A stretch of DNA of 64,000 nucleotides from the human T2T-CHM13v2.0 reference genome, Homo sapiens: NCBI RefSeq assembly GCF_009914755.1, contig NC_060935.1. One strand, written 5' to 3'. A model generated the notes under the pieces. That model was given only the letters and a program-made list of their open reading frames with translations. It was not told where the DNA came from and made no database searches. Made by a program: the position numbers and the translations under genes. Below are positions 27,117 to 50,312 of this stretch, piece by piece. The first letter of the stretch is position 1; every line of letters starts with the position of its first letter.

Positions 27117-30100
27117 TTTTAAAAATTAATTAATTTATTTCAATAGTTTTTGAGGAACATGTGGTTTTTTGTTACATGGATAAGTTATTTTAGTGGTAAT
27201 TTCTGAGATTTTAGTGCATCCATCATCCAAGCAGTGTACACTGTACCCAATGTGTAGTTTTTTATCACTCACCCCACCATCTTTCCCCTGCATTCCCAAA
27301 GTCCATTACATCATTCTTATGCCTTTGTGTCCTCATAACTGAGCTCCCACTTACAAGTGAGAACCTATGATATTTGATTTTTCACTTCTGAGTTACTTCA
27401 CTTAGAATAATGGTCTCCAACTCCATCCAGGCTGTTTCAAATGCCATTATTTAATCCTCTTTATGGGTGGGTAGTATTCCATGATGTATATATGACATAT
27501 TTTCTTTATCCACTCATTGATTGATGGACATTTGGGCTTGATCCATATTTTTGCAATTGTGAATTGTGATGCTATAAATATGCATGTGCAAGTGTCTTTC
27601 ATTTAATAACTTTCTCTAGGTAAATACCCAGTAGTGGGATTGCTGGGTCAATAGTAGTTCTACTTTTAGTTCTTTAGGGAGTCTCCATACTGTTTTATGT
27701 AGCGGTTGTACTAGTTTACATTATCACCAGCAGTGTAAAATTGTTCCCTTTTCACCACATCCACACCAACATCTATTATTTTAAATTTTTTGATTAAGGG
27801 TATTCTTGCAGGAGTAAAGTGGTATTGCATTATCATTTTGATTTGCATTTCCCTGATAATTAATGATATTGAGCATATTTTCATGTTTATTGGCCATTTG
27901 CATATCTTCATTTGAGAATTATCCATTCATGTCCTTAGCCCACTTATTGATTGGATTATTTGCTTTTTCTTGCTGATTTGAGTGTCTCGCAGATTCTGGA
28001 TATTAGCCCTTTGTCAGATGCAAAGTTTACAAATATTTTTTCCCATTCTATGGGTTGTCTGTTTACTCTGTGGATTATTTCTTCTGCTGTGCAGAAGCTT
28101 TTTAGTTGAATTAAGTCCCATCTACTTATTTTTGTTTTTGTTGCATTTGCTTTTGGGTTCTTGGTCGTGAACTCTTTGCCTAAGCCTACATCTAGAAGAG
28201 TTTTACTGATGTTATCTTCTAGAATTTTTTATGGTTTTAGGCCTTAGATTTAAGTCTCTGATCCATCTTGAGTTGATTTTTGTGTAAGGTCACAGATGAG
28301 GATCCAGTTATATTCTTCTACATGTGGCTTGCCAGTTATCTCAGCACCATTTGTTGAATAGGGTGTCCTCTCCCCACTTTATGTTTTTGTTTGCTTTGGT
28401 GAAGATCAGTTGGTGGCAAGTATTTGGCTTTATTTCTTGGTTCTCTATTCTGTTCCATTGGTCTACATGACTATTTTTATACCAGCACCATGCTGCTTTG
28501 GTAACTATAGCCTTGTAGTATAGTTTGAAATTAGGTAATGTGATGCCTCCAGATTTGTCCCTTTTGCTTTGTCTTGCTTTGACTATGTGGGGTCTTTTCA
28601 GTTCCATATGAATTTTAGAATTTTTTTTGTAGTTCTGTGAAAAATGATAATAAATACTTTGATAGGAATTGCATTGAATCTGTAGATCGGTTTTGGCCGT
28701 ATGGTCATTTTCACTATATTCATTCTACCCATCCGTAAGGAAGGGATGTGTTCCCATTTGTATCATTGATTTCTTTCAGCTGTGTCTTGTAGTTTTCCTT
28801 GTAGAGGTCTTTCATGTCCTTGGTAAGGTATATTCCTAAGTATTTTATATTATTTTATTTTTTGCAGCTGTTGTTAAAAAAGATTGAGTTCTTCATTTGT
28901 TTCTCAGCTTTGTCATTGTAGGTGTATAGCAGTGCTACTGATTTATGTACATTGATTTTGTATGCTGAAACTTTACTGAACTCATTTGTCAAATCTAGGA
29001 GTGTTTGGTTGAATCTTCAGGGTTTTTTAAGTATACAATCATATCATTGGTGAACAGCAACAGTTTGACAACCTCTTTACTGATTTGGATGCCTTTCATT
29101 TCTTTCTCTAGTCTGATTGCTGTGGCTAGGAGTTCCAGTACTATGTTGAATAAAAGTGGTGTAAGTGGGCATCCTTGCTTTGTTCCAGTTCTCAGGGGAA
29201 TACTTTCAACTTTTCCCCATTCAGTATAATGTGGGCTGTGGGTTAGTCATAGATGGCTTTTATTACCCTGAGGTATGTCCCTTCTATGCTGATTTTGCTG
29301 AGGGTTTTAATCATAAAGGGATGCTGGATTTTGTCAAATGCTTTTTTCTCCATCTATTGAGATGATCATACGATTTCTGTGTTTAATTTTGTTTATGTGA
29401 TGTATCACATTTACTGACTTGTGCATGTTAAATCATTCGTGCATACCAGTTATGAAACTCACTTGATCATGGTGTATTATCTTTTTGATATGTTGTTGGA
29501 TTTGGTTAGCTAGTATTTTGTTGAGGATTTTTGCATTTATGTTAATCAGGGATATTGGTCTTTATTTTTTTTTCCATTATGTCCTTTCCTAATTTTGGAA
29601 TTAGGTTGATATTGGCTTCATAGAATGATTTAGGGAGATTTCCCTCTCTCTGTCTTTTGGAATAGTATTAAAGTTGGTACCAATTGTTCTTTAAATGTCT
29701 GATAGAATTCATCTGTGAATTCATCTGGTCTTGGACTTTTTTTGTTGGCTTTTGTTTTACTACTGTTAATATTGCTGCTTGTTATTGATGTGTTCAGAGT
29801 TTTCTATTTCCTTCTGATTTAATTTGGGAGGGTTATATATTTCCTTGAATTAATCCATCTCCTCTAGGTTTTCTAGTTTGTGTGAGTAAAGGTGTTCATA
29901 GTAGCCTTGAATGATCTTTAGTATTTCTGTGGTATCAGTTGTAATATCTCCTGTTTTATTTCTAATTGAGCTTATTTGGATTTTTTCCTCTTCTTTTCTT
30001 GGTTATTCCCACTAATGGTCTATCAGTTTTGTTTATCTTTTCAAAAAATAAGCTTATTTCATTTATCTTTTGAATTATTATTTTTTGGTTTCAATTTCAT

Positions 30101-31305
30101 TTAGTTGTGCTCTGATCTTTGTTATATCTTTTCTTCTGCTGGGTTTTGGTTTGGTTTGTTCTTTTTTCTCTAGTTTCTTGAGGTGTGACTGTAGATCCTT
30201 GAGGTATGTCTATTTGTGCTCTTTCAGACTTTTTGATATAGGCATTTAATGCTATGAACTTTCCTCTTAGCACTGCTTTTGCTGTATCCCAGAGGTTTTG
30301 GTAAGTTGTGTCACTATTATCATTCAGCTCAAAGAATTTTAAAATTTTGATCTTGATTTCATTGTTGACCCAATGATCATTCAAGAGCAGATATTTTAAT
30401 TTCCATGTATTTGTATAGCTTTTGATGTTTCTTTTGGAGTAAATTTCCAGTTTTATTTCACTGTGGTCTTGGATACTTGATATAATTTTGATTTTCTTAA
30501 ATTGATAGAGACTTGTTTTAGTGGCCTATCATATGGTCTATATTGGAGAATGTTCCATGTGCTGATGCAAAGAATGTATATTCTGCAGTTGTTGGGCAGA
30601 ATGTGCTGTAAATATCTGTTAAGTCCATTTGTTTCAAGCCATAGTTTAAGTCCGTTGTTTCTTTGTTGACTTTATGTCTTGGTAACCTTTCTAGTGCTGT
30701 CAGTGGAGTATTGAAGTCCTTTGCTATTATTGTGTTGCCATCTATCTCACTTCTTAGGCCAAGTAGTAATTGTTTTATAAATTTGAGAGCTCCAGTGTTA
30801 GGTGCATATATATTTAGAATTTTCCTATTGGACTATACCTTTTATCATTATATAATAATGATTTTTTTGTGTTTTTAAACTGTTATTGCTTTAAACTCTA
30901 TTTTGCCTGATTTAAGCATAGCTACTCCACTTGCTTTTGGTTTCCACTTGTGTTGAACTTGTTTTTGGTTTCCACTTGGGTTGAACCCCCTCCTGTTCAT
31001 CTTAAGTTTATGTGAATTCTTATAGGTTAGGCGAGTCTCTTGAAGACAGCAAATACTTGGTTGCTGGATTTTTATCCATTCTGTCATTCTGTATATTTTA
31101 AGTGGAGCATTTAGGCCATGTACATTCAATGTTACTATTGAGATGTGAGGTACTGTTCTGTTCATCATTTTAGTTGTTGTTGCCTTAATACTTTTTTTCT
31201 TTCCATTGTGCTATTGTTTTGTAGACTCTGAGAGTTGTAATTTAAGGGGTCTCTATTTTGGTGTATTTCAAGGTTTTGTTTCAAGATTTATAACTCCTTT
31301 TAGCA
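27117..31305 (-). mobile_element. L1PB-like element, 3' end to ORF1 end (5' part at 45467-47456)
   Basis: L1PB-type 3'UTR, ORF2 fragments; TSD caga(t/a)gatttct at 27105-27116 and 47457-47468. Confidence 0.88.
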
Positions 31306-33765
31306 TTTATTTTATTTTATTTTATTTTTATTTTACTTTAGGTTTCAAAATACATGTGTAGAACATGCAAGTTTGTTATATAGTTACACTTGTGCCATGG
31401 TGGTTTGCTGTACCTATCAACTTGTCATCTAGGTCTTAAGCCTCACCTGCATTAGGTGTTTGTTCTAATGCTTTCCCTCCCCTTCCCCCCAACCCCTGAT
31501 AGGCCACAGTGTGTGTCATTCCCCTCCCAGAGTCCATGTGCTCTCATTGTTCAACTCCCATTTATGAATGAGAATCTGTGGTGTTTGGTTTTCTGTTCCT
31601 GTATTAGTTTGCTGAGGATGATGGCTTCCAGCTTCATCCATGTCCCTGCAAAGGACATAAACTTCTTTTTTATGGCTGCATAGTATTTGCTGGGGTATAG
31701 GTACCACATTTTCTTTATACAGTCTATAACTGATAGGCATTTGGGTTGGTTCCATGTCTTTGCTATTCTAAATAGTGCTGCAATAAATATGTGTGCATGT
31801 GTCTTTACAGTAGAATGATTTATATTCCTTTGGGTATATACCCAGGAATTGGATTGCTGGGTCAACTGGTATTTCTGGTTCTAGATCCTTGAGAAATCAC
31901 CACACTGTCTTCCACAATGGTTGAACTAATTTACATTCTCACCAACAGTGTAAAAGTGTTCCTATTTCTCCGCAGCCTCACCAGCATCTATTGGTTCTTG
32001 CCTTTTTAATAATTGCCATTCTGACTGGTGTGAAATGGTATCTCATTGTGGTTTTGATTTGCATTTCTCTAATGATCAGAGATGTTGAGCTATTTTTCAT
32101 GTTTGTTGGCCACATAAATGTCTTCTTTTGAGAGGCATCTATTCATATCCTTTGCCCACTTTTTGAGGGGCTTGTTTATTTTTTTCTTGTAAATTTGTTT
32201 AATTTCCTCATATATTCTGGATATTAGCCCTTTGTCAGATGGGTAAATTGCAAAATTTTTCTCCCATTCTGTAGGTTGTCTGTTCACTCTGATGCTAGTT
32301 TTTTTCCCCTTTGGAGGAGTTCTTTAGTTTAATTGATCCATTTTGTCAATTTTTGCTTTTGTTGCAAATGCTTTTGGTGTTTTAGTCATGAAGTTTTTGC
32401 CCATGCGTATGTCCTGAATGGTATTGCCTAGGTTTTCTTCTAGGGTTTTTATGATTTGGGGTTTTACATTTAAGTCTTTAATCCATCTTTAGTTAATTTT
32501 TGTATAAGGTGTAAGGAAGGGGTCCAGTTTCAGTTTTCTTCATATGGCTAGCCAGTTTTCCCAGCACCATTTATTAAATAGAGAATCTTTTCCAAATTGC
32601 TTGTTTTTGCCATGTTTGTTGAGGATCGCATGTAGTGTTATTTCTGAGGTCTCTGTTCTGTTTCATTGCTCTATGTGTCTGTTTTGGTACCAGTATCATG
32701 CTGTTTTTGTTACTGTAGCCTTGTAGTATAGTTGGAAGTCAGGTACTGTGATGCCTCCAGCTTTGTTCTTTTTTCTTAGGAACATCTTGGCTATATGGGC
32801 TCTTTTTTGGTTCCATATGAAATTTAGTTTTTTCTAATTCTGTGAAAAGTGTCAATGGTAGTTTGATGGAAATAGCATTGAATCTATAAATTACTTTGGG
32901 CAGTATGGCCATTTTCACAATATTGATTCTTTCTATCCGTGAGAATAAATGTTTTTCCATTTGTTGTGTCCTCTCTTATTTTCCTGGGCAGTGGTTTGTA
33001 GTTCTCCTTGAAGAGGTTCTTCATGCCCCTTGTTATCTGTATTCCTAGGTTTTTAATTCTCTTTGCAGCAATTGTGAATGGGAGTTCACACATGATTTGG
33101 CTCTCTGCTTGTCCATTATTGGTTTATAGTAATGCTTGTGATTTTCGAACATTGATTTTGTATCCTGAGACTTTGCTGAAGTTACTTATCAGCTTAAAGA
33201 GTTTTTGGGCTGAGATGATGGGGTTTTCTAAATACAGAATCATGTCATCTGCAAGCAGAGGCAATTTGACTTCCTGTCTTCGTATTTGAATACACTTTAT
33301 TTATTTCTCCTGCCTGATTGTGCTGGCCAGAACTTCCAACACTATGTCACACAGGAGTGGTGAGAGAGGGCATCCTTGTATTGTGCTGCTTTTCAAAGGG
33401 AATGCTTCCAGTTTTGGCCTATTCAATATGATATTGGCTATGGGTTTGTCATAAATAGCTCTTATTATTTTGCGATATATTCCAACAATACCTAGTTTAT
33501 TGAGAGTTTTTAACATAAAGGGATGTTGAATTTTATCAAAGGGCTTTCTCACATCTATTGATATAATTATGTGGTTTTTGTCATTAGTTCTGTTTCTGTA
33601 ATGGATTATGTTTATTGACTTGCATATGTTGAATGAGCCTTGCATCCCAGGAATGAAGCCAACTTGTTCATGGTGGATAAGTGTTCTGATGTGCTGCTGG
33701 ATTTAGTTTGCCAGTATTTTATTGAGGATTTTCAATCCATGTTCACCAGGGATATTGGCCTGAGG
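31306..33765 (-). mobile_element. L1PA8-like element, 3' 2.4 kb
   Basis: (TTTTA) tail, PA7/8-type 3'UTR, ORF2 fragments. Confidence 0.88.
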
Positions 33766-37850
<4,085 letters not shown>

Positions 37851-38680
37851 AAAAAAAGTGAGTGAAGGATATGAACAGACACTTCTCAAAAGAAGAAATT
37901 TATGCAGCCAAAAAACACATGAAAAAATCCTTGTCATCGCTGGCCATCAGAGAAATGCAAATCAAAACCACAATTAGATACCATCTTACACCAGTAAGAA
38001 TGGCAATCATTGAAAAATCAGGAAACAACAGGTGTTGGAGAAGATGTGGAAAAATAGGAACACTTTTACACTGTTGGTGGGACTGTAAACTAGTTAAATG
38101 ATTGTGGAAGTCAGTGTGGAGATTCCTCAGGGATCTAGAAGTAAACATATCATTTGACCCAGTCATCCCATTACTGGGTATATACCCATAGGATTATAAA
38201 TCATGCTTCTATAAAGACACATGCACACATATGTTTATTGTAGCACTATTCACAATAGCAAAGACTTGGAACCAACCCAAATGTTGAGCAATGATAGACT
38301 GTATTAAGAAAATGTGGCCCATATACACCATATAATACTATGCAGACATAAAAAATGATGAGTTCCTGTCCTTTGTAGGGACATGGACGAAGCTGGAAAC
38401 TATCATTCTCAGCAAACTATCACAAGGACAAAAAACCAAACACCACATGTTCTCACTCATAGGTGGGAATTGAACAATGAGAACACGTGGACACAGGAAG
38501 GGGAACATCGCACACTGGGGACTGTTGTGGGGTTGGGGGAGGGATAGCATTAGGAAATATAAATGACGAGTTAATGGGTGCCGCACACCAACATGGCACA
38601 TGTATATATATGTAACAAACCTGCATGTTGTGCACATGTACCCTAAAACTTAAGGTATAATAATAATAAAATTAAAAAAA
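37851..38680 (+). mobile_element. L1PA4-like 3' fragment (copy E) with A tail
   Basis: ORF 37862..38101 (ORF2 C-terminus), 3'UTR, taataataaaattaaaaaaa. Confidence 0.95.
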
Positions 38681-40031
38681 GAATTATGTGTAAAACAAGG
38701 TAAAAACAACCAGGACATTAAAAAAGATGTAAATAAAGTTATAAAAATAAAAAGGTATTTTTTGAGGTAAAAAGGCTTAACGGGAAATAATATATAAGAA
38801 GGAATCTTATATGGTAAATGTAGTCCTAAAATAAAATAACTGATTGCTTAAAAAGGAGGGATGTTGGGGAGAAACCAGAAAGTCTGAGCATGTCAGGTAT
38901 GCTCAGTGTAAGTCACAAGAAGAGCATTTATGTTTAAAAAACCCGAAACCTTTTATGTAATCCAGTTGTCATATTATCATTAAGCTTTGGCTTGCCTAGG
39001 AAAAGAAACTGAAACAAAAAATTTTTTAAAATTAAGGTTATTTCATCCATATATCTTGCTTCATGTGCTTTTAAAGTCCTTGTGACATTGAGTTACAAAG
39101 CTTTAACTCCTGGGTCTAAAAAGGACACCAAGTCCTGCTAAATCTTAAATACTGACAGCAACTAAAGTCCCATCTTAGGGTTCTGTAGAAGATGCCAATA
39201 AAAAAAAACTGCATTCCTGAGACACAGGGCAAGAAATTAAAGCTATTCAACTCCTCAAGGCTCAGGGACTGTCATGGAAGAGGTGGGCATGTAAGGCTGT
39301 TAGGGCCAATTTTGAAAGATAAAAGCAGTTTAGTTTCTCTATAGATTTATCATTAATATCAAAGGCACACTGATGCAAAACCAATGTATGGATCCTTGTG
39401 TCAGATTAACAAGGTGTTCTTGAAGTATTAACCAACAGCTTAATAATGGTTATAAAAGGCTCATGACTGCCTCATATTATGTGTACACAGTCCTGGTACA
39501 GGGTTTCTGACCTGTGGTAAGTAAAGAATGTCACTTTCTTACAGGTGTAGAAGCCCTTGTTTCTTGGAGGATACAAGTTAAGGACGAAAGGAGGAGAGGA
39601 AATTCACCCAACTCATAGGTATTTGATGGCATAAATCCATGGCTGGGCTCAGCTTTAAAAATGTCTTATCTGAGATTCCTCCTATGGAACAAGGTTCCAT
39701 GATAGCCAATTGAAAAGCCTGGGTAAAAAACAATTATTCTTGCTGCACTGTATACAAATAATTAGGTCAAATATAATAAGCGAACTAGTCCTATCATGAT
39801 TTGTCTTGCCTAACTTTTTTTTTTTTACTCCAATTCTTATTATTTTCTATGTTTGAACTGAATTCTAATTTTTCTTGGCTATGGGTCTTTAAAATAAAAT
39901 TTTCATTTTTTTCCTTCTTTTTGTTCCATTTTTCCTAAATTGGAGTCACTGAAAACTAAGCCATGCTTTCCTAAAAACCCTGCAAACTGAAGCCAGACAA
40001 CTTAAACTTCAGAAGAAAATAACAGCAACCA
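38681..40031 (+). mobile_element. ERV1 non-autonomous internal sequence (MER4-int-like)
   Basis: Recalled MER4-group internal motifs (gtccttgtgacattgagttaca, gtaagtaaagaatgtcactttc, cttaaacttcagaagaaaataacagcaacc); matching LTR end at 45411-45466. Confidence 0.65.
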
Positions 40032-45410
<5,379 letters not shown>

Positions 45411-45411
<1 letters not shown>

Positions 45412-45466
45412 GCAAAATAAACTTTCTAAATTAACTAAGACCAGTCTGAGATTTTCTGGGTTCACA
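45411..45466 (+). mobile_element. 3' end of a MER4-type LTR with AATAAA (45416-45421)
   Basis: ggcaaaataaactttctaaattaactaagaccagtctgagattttctgggttcaCA. Confidence 0.7.
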
Positions 45467-47456
45467 ATTTGAAAGCCTTGTCTTCAAGCTCTGAAGTTCT
45501 TTTTTCTAGTTGTTATAGTTTATTGTTGAAACTTAGCACTGCATTTTGTATCTCCCTAAATGTGTCTTTCGTTCCCAGAAGTTGTGATTTTTTTCTTTAT
45601 GATATCTCTTTCTCTAGAGAATTTTTCATCCTTAACTTGTATTTTTAAAAAATTTCTTTGAGTTGGTTTTCACCTTTCTCTGGTATCTCCTTGAGTAGCT
45701 TGATAATCAAGATTCTGAATTCCTTATCTGGCAATTCAGAGATTTCTTCTTGATTTGGATCCATTGCCAGGGAGTTGGTCTTTTGGGGTTGTTATAGAAT
45801 CCTGTTTGTCATATTACCAGAATTATTTTCTGGGGGTTCCTTTTCATTTGGATGACTATTTCTGTGGAGAGTTCTGAAACTCAAGGCCTGCTGTTCAGAT
45901 TTTCTTGTCCCATGGGGTGACCCCTTGATGTAGTGCCCTCCCCCTTACCCTAGGGATGGGGCTTCCTGAGAGTTGGACAGCAGTGATTGTTATTGTTCTT
46001 CTGGATTTAGCCATCCATCGGGGCTACCAGGCTCTGGGCTGGTGCTGGGGGTTGTCTGCAAAGGGTTCTGTGATGTGATCCATCTTCAGGTCTCCCAGCT
46101 GTGGATACCAGCATCTGCTCTGATAGAGATTGCAGAGAAGTGAAATGAACTCTATGAAAGTCTTTTGTTGTAAATATGTTTAGTGTGCTGGCTTTCTTGA
46201 ATGCTGGTTATGCTAGCAGTGAAGTTGTCATGTGGACATCCTCAGGACCTCTGGTTAGCCAGGATGTTGCCAGCAGTGGGAACAGGTGTTGTCTTCTTGG
46301 GTTCAAGGTTATTCTTTCATGAGTTGCTGTAATGGCCTGAGTTGCTTGTCATCAAACCAGGAGGTGGTGCTTTTAAGAGAGCACCAGCTGTGGTAGTAGT
46401 TGGGGGCTCTAAGCTTGCCATAAGATGGCCAGAGTAAGTATTTTGGTTTCTCAGGTGATTGATGAGAAACCATAAAGCTTCCAAGAGTTTCTGTGTTTTG
46501 TGTTCAGCTGCCAGGGTGGATAGGGAGAAACCACCAGGTGTGTGCAGGATTAGGCAGGCATGGGCCCAGACTTTCCTTGGGAGGGGCTTGCCATGATCAC
46601 TGTCTGGGATGGGCGAGTTGTTCTCAGGCCAATGGGGTTATTTTCCAGAGGGGATCTTGGCTGCCTCTGCTGTGTTTTATAGCTTGCCAGGGAAGTGGAA
46701 GATAGCCAGTAGCAAGAGGCATTACCTAGCTCCCATGCATTTGCTGAGGCTGGTCTGGTTCCTGCAGTGCCTCCTCTGATCAGACCTTGCCGCAGGCCAT
46801 GAGCTACCCCACTGAGAAAGCAAGCTTTCTGATCTCATTCCTCCCCATCTGCCCTCTCTGTAGGCAGCAGCTCCTGTGCTCCTGTGCTTGCTCACAGCAG
46901 CTCCTGCTTGTCCTTCAGACCCTGCTCAAGAAAACTTGTGCCCAGACAAAACCACTACCAATTTCAGTTGGGAACTTTCTTTGCCCCATGACCCCTCCCC
47001 AGTTTCACTGGCTGTTTTCCCCAAAGGCCCTGTGAGACATAGTCAAGGATGGCGTCCCAGGGCTCAAGCTGGAGACTGGGAGTACATTCGAGCACTTCCT
47101 GCTGTTACTTGTACTTTTATATTTTTTGTGACTCCCTAAACCCGTTTCATATCTAGGTAAGGTTAAATCCTACTCCTGTGATCTGGATTTTCAGATTCCC
47201 CAGTGGGGATGCATGTTCAGAGGTAGGTTTTCTCCCTGTCACACTTTGAGAACTCACAGTTTTTTGCTTGTTTTGTGGAATTTGCAGCGGTGTGCCACTT
47301 GTTTCAAAGGATTTGTGAATTCTTTTGGCTTTCCTGGTATATTCGTGCAGTGGTTCTTGGAGCAAAAGATCATGATATGGATCTCTACATGCTGCTCTGA
47401 TTTGTCTATGTGGGAGCTAGATGTTAGCCCTGTCTCCTGTTTGCTATCTTCCCCTC
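45467..47456 (-). mobile_element. L1PB-like element, ORF1 and 5'UTR
   Basis: Ends gctatcttcccctc (reverse complement gaggggaagatagc, L1 5' start) followed by the TSD. Confidence 0.8.
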
Positions 47457-47468
47457 CAGAAGATTTCT

Positions 47469-48715
47469 AATTGCTCATTAATGTCCTTTTCTTTCTGATT
47501 GAAGTACTTCCTTTAGCATTTTTTGCAGGACAGGTCTAGTCTTGATGAAATTCCTCAGCTTTTGTTTGCCTGGGAAACTCTTTACTTCTCCTTCATGTTT
47601 GAAGGATATTTTCACCAGATATACTTTCTAGGGCAAGAGTTCTTTTTTTTTCCCTTCAGCACTTTACATATATCATGCTACTGTCTCCTGGCCTGTAAGG
47701 TTTCCACTGAAAAGTCTGCTGCCAGATATATTGGAACTCCATTTTATGTTATGTTATTTTATTATTTTTTTCTTGCTGCTTTTAGGATCCTTTCTTTATC
47801 CTTGACCTTTGGGAGTTTGAGTTTAAATGTCTTGAGGTAGTCTCCTTTAAGTTAAATCTGCTAGATGTTCTATAACCTTCTTGTGTTTGGATATTGATAT
47901 CTTTCTCTAGGTTTGGGAAGTTCTCTGTTATTATCCTTTTGAATAAACTTTTACCTCTATATCTTTCTCTACCTCCTCTTTAAGGCCAGTAAATTAAATT
48001 TGTCCATTTGAGGCTGTTTTCTAAATATTTTAGAAATGCTCTATTCTTTTTTATTCTTGTCTCTTCTATTTGTGTTTTCAAATAGCCTGTCTCCAATGTC
48101 ACAACTTCTTTTTTTGCATTATCAATTCTGCTATTAGAGATTCTAATGCATTCTTCAGTATGTCAGTTGTATTTTTCAACCCCAGGATTTCTCCATGAAT
48201 CTTTTTAATTATTTCAGTATTTTTGTTAAATGTTCTGATAGAATTCTGAATTCCTTCTCTGTATTATCTTGAATTTCTTTGAGTTTCCTCTAATCTGCCA
48301 GGACTGTGTCATTCCCCTCAAGGCAATATGTTCCCCCCTGCCCCAGGGTATGTCTAGAAATGTCACCTGGGAACTAGGGCCTGGAATGGGGTCCTTATTA
48401 CTGTGATTGATGCCTTATCCTATTGTGGTTGGGTGATATCCAAGATGTGAGACAAAAGTCCTCTTTATCTTTCTCTCCTCTCCTAAAGTGGACAGAAGGG
48501 TCACTTTTGGAGTCACAAGCTGTGCTGCCTGGATTTTGGGAAAAGGTGGCACAAGCATTTTCATAGCAGCCCAGGCAAGTGTCTTACTAGTTTGTGTGCC
48601 CTTAAGTCCACGGACTCTGAGCCCAGCTTAGCACTAGGAATTGCAATCCTTGTTGTCCAGACTGCCTTTCAAGTGTATTTAGGGCCCCAAAACACTTTAG
48701 CCCATAGTAGCCGAA
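47469..48715 (-). mobile_element. L1MA2-like element, ORF1/5' part
   Basis: Continues the sequence broken at 27116; same family as 61740-64000. Confidence 0.8.
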
Positions 48716-49240
48716 GGAACATTTTTTTTGAGGAACATCCATGCTATTGTCCATAATGGACAGAACTAATTTACATTCTCACCAACTGTGTGTAAGGTCC
48801 CCCCCTTTTTTTAAAACATCCTTGCAACACTTGCTATTTTTTGTCTTTTTGGTAATAGTCATTTTAACAGTGTGAGGTGATAGCTCATTGTGGTTTTAAT
48901 TTTCATTTTTTGATGATTAGTGATGTTGAGCCTTTTATCATTTATCTGCTGGCCATTTGAATATCTTCTTTTGATAAATGTCTGTTCAGATCCTCTACCC
49001 ATTTTAAAATTGTTTATTTGCTTTCTAATATTAATTTGTTTGAATTTATTTTATATTTTGTATATTAACCTCATCAGATTTATTGTTTGCAAATATATTC
49101 TGTAGGTTGTCTCTTCACTCTGTTGTTTTCTTGGCTGTGCAGAAGCTTTTGTTTAATGCAATTCCGTTTGTCTATTTTTGCTTTTTTTCTCTGTGTTCTT
49201 GGGGTCGTATTCAAAAAAATGATCGCTCAGACCAATGTCA

Positions 49241-50312
<1,072 letters not shown>

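Noticed and set aside
30935-30986. 24-bp near-tandem duplication in L1PB
   Set aside because: Real but an ordinary slippage or repair scar
47670-48715. Segmental duplication with 61740-64000
   Set aside because: Similarity is at the level of two copies of one old L1 family
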